A DNA stretch of 11,297 bases, from positions 1 through 11,297 of the forward strand of contig JAFGGO010000120.1 of NCBI GenBank assembly GCA_016930515.1. The letters run 5' to 3'. Positions 8,080 through 11,297 of this stretch are shown piece by piece. Positions within the stretch are counted from its first letter, which is position 1. Each line of letters starts with the position of its first letter. This DNA comes from Promethearchaeota archaeon. GTDB taxonomy: Archaea; Asgardarchaeota; Lokiarchaeia; Sigyniarchaeales; SOKP01. The position numbers and the translations under genes are program-made. The notes under the pieces were generated by a model that was not told the origin of the DNA, searched no databases, and worked only from the letters and a program-made list of their open reading frames with translations.

Positions 8080-8463
8080 ATGGTACAAGTAAAAAGGAGT
8101 TGATTAAAAGCTTAAATCCATTAAAGCGATATTATCTGATATCATTCACTCCTGCTTAGTAAAAGTCCTGGAATTACCGATAAAAAAAGTTCCAAAGGTT
8201 TTTTTCCCCTAAACAAGGACGAATTTTTTTATTTAAAAAATAGAATTTAAGATTATAGAATATTAGAAATCACGATCTTCACGGGAAGACATAAAGAAAC
8301 CAAAAAAAAGTTTGTTTACAAGTTGATGAGGCGAATTTCGAGTGAATTAACGATTTTGCTAAATAATATTGAAATAATCTTTCTTGAGCGTGAATCCCAT
8401 AATTGGGGAATTCGGGGTCTTACTGGAAACGATTTAGATCTTTCGCACTATATTCAAGAATAA
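8080..8463 (+). pseudogene. Degraded tautomerase-superfamily gene (Tautomerase_2 type)
   Basis: Pieces across frames: MVQVK / SLNP / KAILSDIIHSCLVKVLELP / KFQRFF / PLNKDEFFYLKNRI*DYRILEITIFTGRHKETKKKFVYKLMRRISSELTILLNNIEIIFLERESHNWGIRGLTGNDLDLSHYIQE*. This matches the family pattern QVK..LSD.IHSC....F.RFFPL..IEI..F.GR..E.KK..HNWGIRG..G. It has several frameshifts and one TAA (8248-8250). Confidence 0.8.
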
Positions 8464-8532
8464 AATATAGTAAATCAAAGGTTTTTAACCTATTACCTTT
8501 AAAAATCTGTATATTACAGATAAAAACTGGAG

Positions 8533-8733
8533 ATGAGTCGATTATTATAGGAAACTATATTTACCCTCTATAAATATCAGAAAGAAGGGAAGATCTCGGG
8601 ACACGAGCTTCCTAATGGTTATTGGAATTGGGATGATGAATCGGTATATTCCTATTTTAATAAAGCTGGTAGATCCCACAGCCTTCACTGGCAATGGAAT
8701 AGCGGCGATGGTGTTATCGGCCCGATTTGTTAA
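8533..8733 (+). other. Short Trp/Gly-rich reading frame with in-frame TAG at codon 6 (small gene or gene relic)
   Basis: MSRLL*ETIFTLYKYQKEGKISGHELPNGYWNWDDESVYSYFNKAGRSHSLHWQWNSGDGVIGPIC-TAA. The segment is locally GC-richer than its flanks and protein-like in composition. Confidence 0.35.
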
Positions 8734-8940
8734 AATTAGCGGATATTATCACATTTTTATACGATTCTTAATAGAACTTTATAAGTTAAACAGGTTCTAC
8801 TAATATAATCTCGAAGCTTAGCATAATTTTCTAATATATTTAATTGAATATAGTAAAAGTTTAATTAATTCAAGATATTACTAATAAAAATGCAATTTTC
8901 TAGATTTTAAATACACAAAAATCAAAAAGATACGATAAAC

Positions 8941-10881
8941 ATGACCGAAGAATACGGAGGAATCTCCCTACCAATCGAGGAAATCGAGGTTTTAAAAAAG
9001 ATTGAGGAAATTATGGGAAGGACGCTCCCTAATATTGATAATTTAACTCGCGAGGATTATGTCTACGACGAGGAAACCCAACAATTGAAAGAAATTACAA
9101 AACACGAATTCGGATTTGTTGTAAGAGATAACCACGTGTTTGGCTTGGGATTAAGCCTTGAAAATGTCAGCCAAAAAGCTTTAAAAATTCCAAAATTGAT
9201 ACCTAAATTCTCAAAATTTAAATATATAAGAGAAATCGATTTGAACAAGTGGGAACTGATCTTTGCCGACTGTTACGATATAATGAGAAAAAAAAACGAA
9301 GCGTTTCAAAGCGCTTCAAATCCAATGAGCACATTTATGGCCGGTAGAACGCCGCAAGAGAGACAAGCTGCAAGACAAGAACATTACAGGCAAAAAATGG
9401 CAGAATATAATACATTGAACCCCGAAATCAGTCCGTATGATGTTTTTAAAGAATTAAAAGAACTAGAATACTTGAATTATTTAGATATATCAGAATGGAG
9501 CATTACTGAAGATTATCTTAATATCTTGGGAGAACTTAAACACTTAAAGACCTTAATATTATCAAAAAATAATATTAATAAAATAAACCAAAATCTTGGG
9601 AAAATCGAAAATCTTGAAGCTTTGTTATTAAATAACAATCCCATAAGAGAATATTCGACTAACATAGAATCCTTATCAGGATTAAAGACATTAGATTTAT
9701 CGGAAACAATCATTAAAGTCATCCCCGAATCTTTTAAAAATCTAAACACAATCGAACACCTTTCTTTACCAATTACTTTATCTGAAATTCCTAAAGCGTT
9801 ATACGATTTAAAAAATCTCAAGCAACTCGTTATAAATGACTTTTCAAACGAGTTTCAAAGACTCAAATCTCTAATAAGCTTATACCTTCAAGGAGCCAGA
9901 TTGAGTGAATTGCCCGAGTCAATAGGAGAATTAACCTTTTTATCCTCATTGACTGTGTTGAGATGTACAAAATTGGAAAAAATCCCCGAATCGATTAAAA
10001 ACTTGCACTTACTAAAAAGGCTCAGCATTTCAGGAAATAATTCTCTAAAATCCATCCCGATGGCCCTTGGAGAGTTGAATTCGCTAGAAGTTTTAAACTT
10101 ATCAAACAACAAACTCGAACTAGTCCCTGATATATTTAGTAATCTTTCTCAACTAGAGGTTTTGAATTTAAACAATAATTCTTTGAAATACTTACCGTAT
10201 TCCATATATAAGCTAACATCCCTGATAGATTTCAGCATTCTTAACAACCCACTTGAAGGCAACGACTTATTAATTTCAAAAAAGACTCTTCCCGAGATCA
10301 TTCAATATTGCAAGAAAAAAGTCTCGATTCAAGTATTTATCAGCCACGCAGTAGCAGATTTTGAACCGTGCAACATTGAAATGTTGAGCAAGTACTTGGA
10401 AGATCAACTCGAAGTCCAGAAGGCAGTCTATTGCGAAAGAGATTTGGTAAGCAATATTGACGAGTTTATGGACCAATACATTCCTAAAAGCCAACTCACT
10501 CTTTTTATTGCCACACCAACTTCGATAAATTCCAAGGATTGCCAATACGAGCTTAGTTTATCAAAAGAATATGGTGTGGAAATCGTGCCCATCAAATCTG
10601 TCGAAGTAAGCTGGGCAGAATTGAGCAAGTTGGACCTTAATAGGGCACTTGGTCTTGAAGTTGATTTTTCAAACAAGGAAAAATTTGAAGAATTCTGTTT
10701 CTCTCTTTATAATTACATCTTACAGCTCAAGCATCAAGTAGATCTCATCGACAAGGAAAAAGGAAAAATAGACCGAATTGCTATAGGGTTGAAATCGCTT
10801 GAGAGGCAATTCAAGATATTGACAAATAAGATAGAAAATGTAGAAAAGCACTTGAAAGAAATCGAGAACAAGCAAGGATAA
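8941..10881 (+). CDS. LRR-TIR-coiled-coil protein (leucine-rich repeats + TIR_2-like domain)
   Basis: N-cap EIEVLKKIEEIMG..FGFVVRDNHVFGLGL, then about 13 LxxLxxLxL repeats ending NNPL. TIR starts near aa 462 with VFISHA, then CERD, IDEFM, SQLTLFIATPTSINSKDCQYEL (E537) and IVPI. The last ~50 aa are a heptad-like tail. No TM segment or signal peptide. Confidence 0.92.
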   Translation: MTEEYGGISLPIEEIEVLKKIEEIMGRTLPNIDNLTREDYVYDEETQQLKEITKHEFGFVVRDNHVFGLGLSLENVSQKALKIPKLIPKFSKFKYIREIDLNKWELIFADCYDIMRKKNEAFQSASNPMSTFMAGRTPQERQAARQEHYRQKMAEYNTLNPEISPYDVFKELKELEYLNYLDISEWSITEDYLNILGELKHLKTLILSKNNINKINQNLGKIENLEALLLNNNPIREYSTNIESLSGLKTLDLSETIIKVIPESFKNLNTIEHLSLPITLSEIPKALYDLKNLKQLVINDFSNEFQRLKSLISLYLQGARLSELPESIGELTFLSSLTVLRCTKLEKIPESIKNLHLLKRLSISGNNSLKSIPMALGELNSLEVLNLSNNKLELVPDIFSNLSQLEVLNLNNNSLKYLPYSIYKLTSLIDFSILNNPLEGNDLLISKKTLPEIIQYCKKKVSIQVFISHAVADFEPCNIEMLSKYLEDQLEVQKAVYCERDLVSNIDEFMDQYIPKSQLTLFIATPTSINSKDCQYELSLSKEYGVEIVPIKSVEVSWAELSKLDLNRALGLEVDFSNKEKFEEFCFSLYNYILQLKHQVDLIDKEKGKIDRIAIGLKSLERQFKILTNKIENVEKHLKEIENKQG

Positions 10882-10893
10882 TTTACATATAGG

Positions 10894-10936
10894 TTATTTT
10901 TTTTCTATTCTTTCTTATTTTTTTAATAATTTTTTG
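10894..10936 (+). terminator. T-rich terminator region after LRR-TIR gene
   Basis: Several oligo-T tracts of 5-7 nt immediately downstream of TAA 10879-10881. Confidence 0.45.
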
Positions 10937-10978
10937 TTGAATAGGGGAGTTTTTATATCTTGTTCAAGAAAGTTCTTC

Positions 10979-11297
10979 GTGACGACGGTAATCGAGCAAG
11001 TTAGAAAAATATCGATAAGATGTCCGATATGTAATTCTCAAAAACAACTTAAAATTCCCGAGTCTATTGTAAAGAATTCAAATCAGTTAACCACGATATC
11101 CCTTCCTAGGGGCATCATATGCGAACACCATTTTCAAATGTTTATTGATAGAGATTTTAAGGTACGGGGTTATCAAAAAGTAGATTTTGAATTAACTTCA
11201 CCAAAAAGCACATCTATCTTGAGCAAACCACCTCATAAAAACAATGATAGAGAATTATTCAACTTTTTATTATACGACGGAAATTATGTTGAATATC
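10979..11297 (+). CDS. Hypothetical Zn-binding-like protein (CPIC...CEHH), 3'-truncated by window edge; resembles a Lokiarchaeia-type small-protein family
   Basis: GTG 10979 opens MTTVIEQVRKISIRCPICNSQKQLKIPESIVKNSNQLTTISLPRGIICEHHFQMFIDRDFKVRGYQKVDFEL...LYDGNYVEY with no stop before the window end, so it is missing from the ORF track. Confidence 0.8.
   Translation, partial: MTTVIEQVRKISIRCPICNSQKQLKIPESIVKNSNQLTTISLPRGIICEHHFQMFIDRDFKVRGYQKVDFELTSPKSTSILSKPPHKNNDRELFNFLLYDGNYVEY

Noticed and set aside
8704-8760. GGCGATGGTGTT resembles the 5' end of the fluoride (crcB) riboswitch
   Set aside because: The closing TCGCC stem and the 3' GCTAATGACACCT pseudoknot strand are missing, and no fluoride-related gene follows.
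8615-8803. Listed 62-aa ORF
   Set aside because: No motif or RBS; the overlapping frame 8533-8733 looks more protein-like.
1087-10676. Short minus-strand ORFs (1087-1314, 1805-2125, 2894-3160, 3875-4066, 6800-7630 group, 9063-10676 group)
   Set aside because: All lie antisense to well-supported genes and have no recognisable motifs, so they are treated as shadow ORFs.
1-11297. CRISPR array, tRNA/rRNA, IS element or integrase
   Set aside because: No regularly spaced direct repeats, GC-rich structural RNA, terminal inverted repeats or transposase/recombinase motifs were seen.

Overview
AT-rich (roughly 30% GC, estimated by eye) prokaryotic window. It is most likely from an Asgard archaeon (Lokiarchaeia-like), inferred from an LRR protein with a Loki-type N-cap, a CxxC..CxHHF..VRGYQxVD small-protein family, an archaeal-type SD (AGGTGAT) and oligo-T terminators. 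In order it holds: a left-truncated hypothetical gene; a GNAT acetyltransferase joined by a -1 frameshift to a CmoA-like SAM methyltransferase that has an in-frame TAG; an MBL-fold hydrolase; a second SAM methyltransferase; a 7TM protein with a HisKA-like H-box but no ATPase domain; a TetR regulator; a convergent YdjM-type membrane metal hydrolase; a CPA2 cation:proton antiporter with a large hydrophilic insert; a degraded tautomerase pseudogene (not in the ORF track); a short Trp-rich frame with an early TAG; a soluble LRR-TIR-coiled-coil protein with an intact catalytic Glu; and a right-truncated Zn-finger-like gene (not in the ORF track). The strongest candidates for novelty are the LRR-TIR-CC protein (a receptor-like immune candidate with an 'island' insert in its LRR) and the possible recoding (frameshift plus amber) of the GNAT-methyltransferase fusion. 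All family calls come from motif recognition only; no searches were run.
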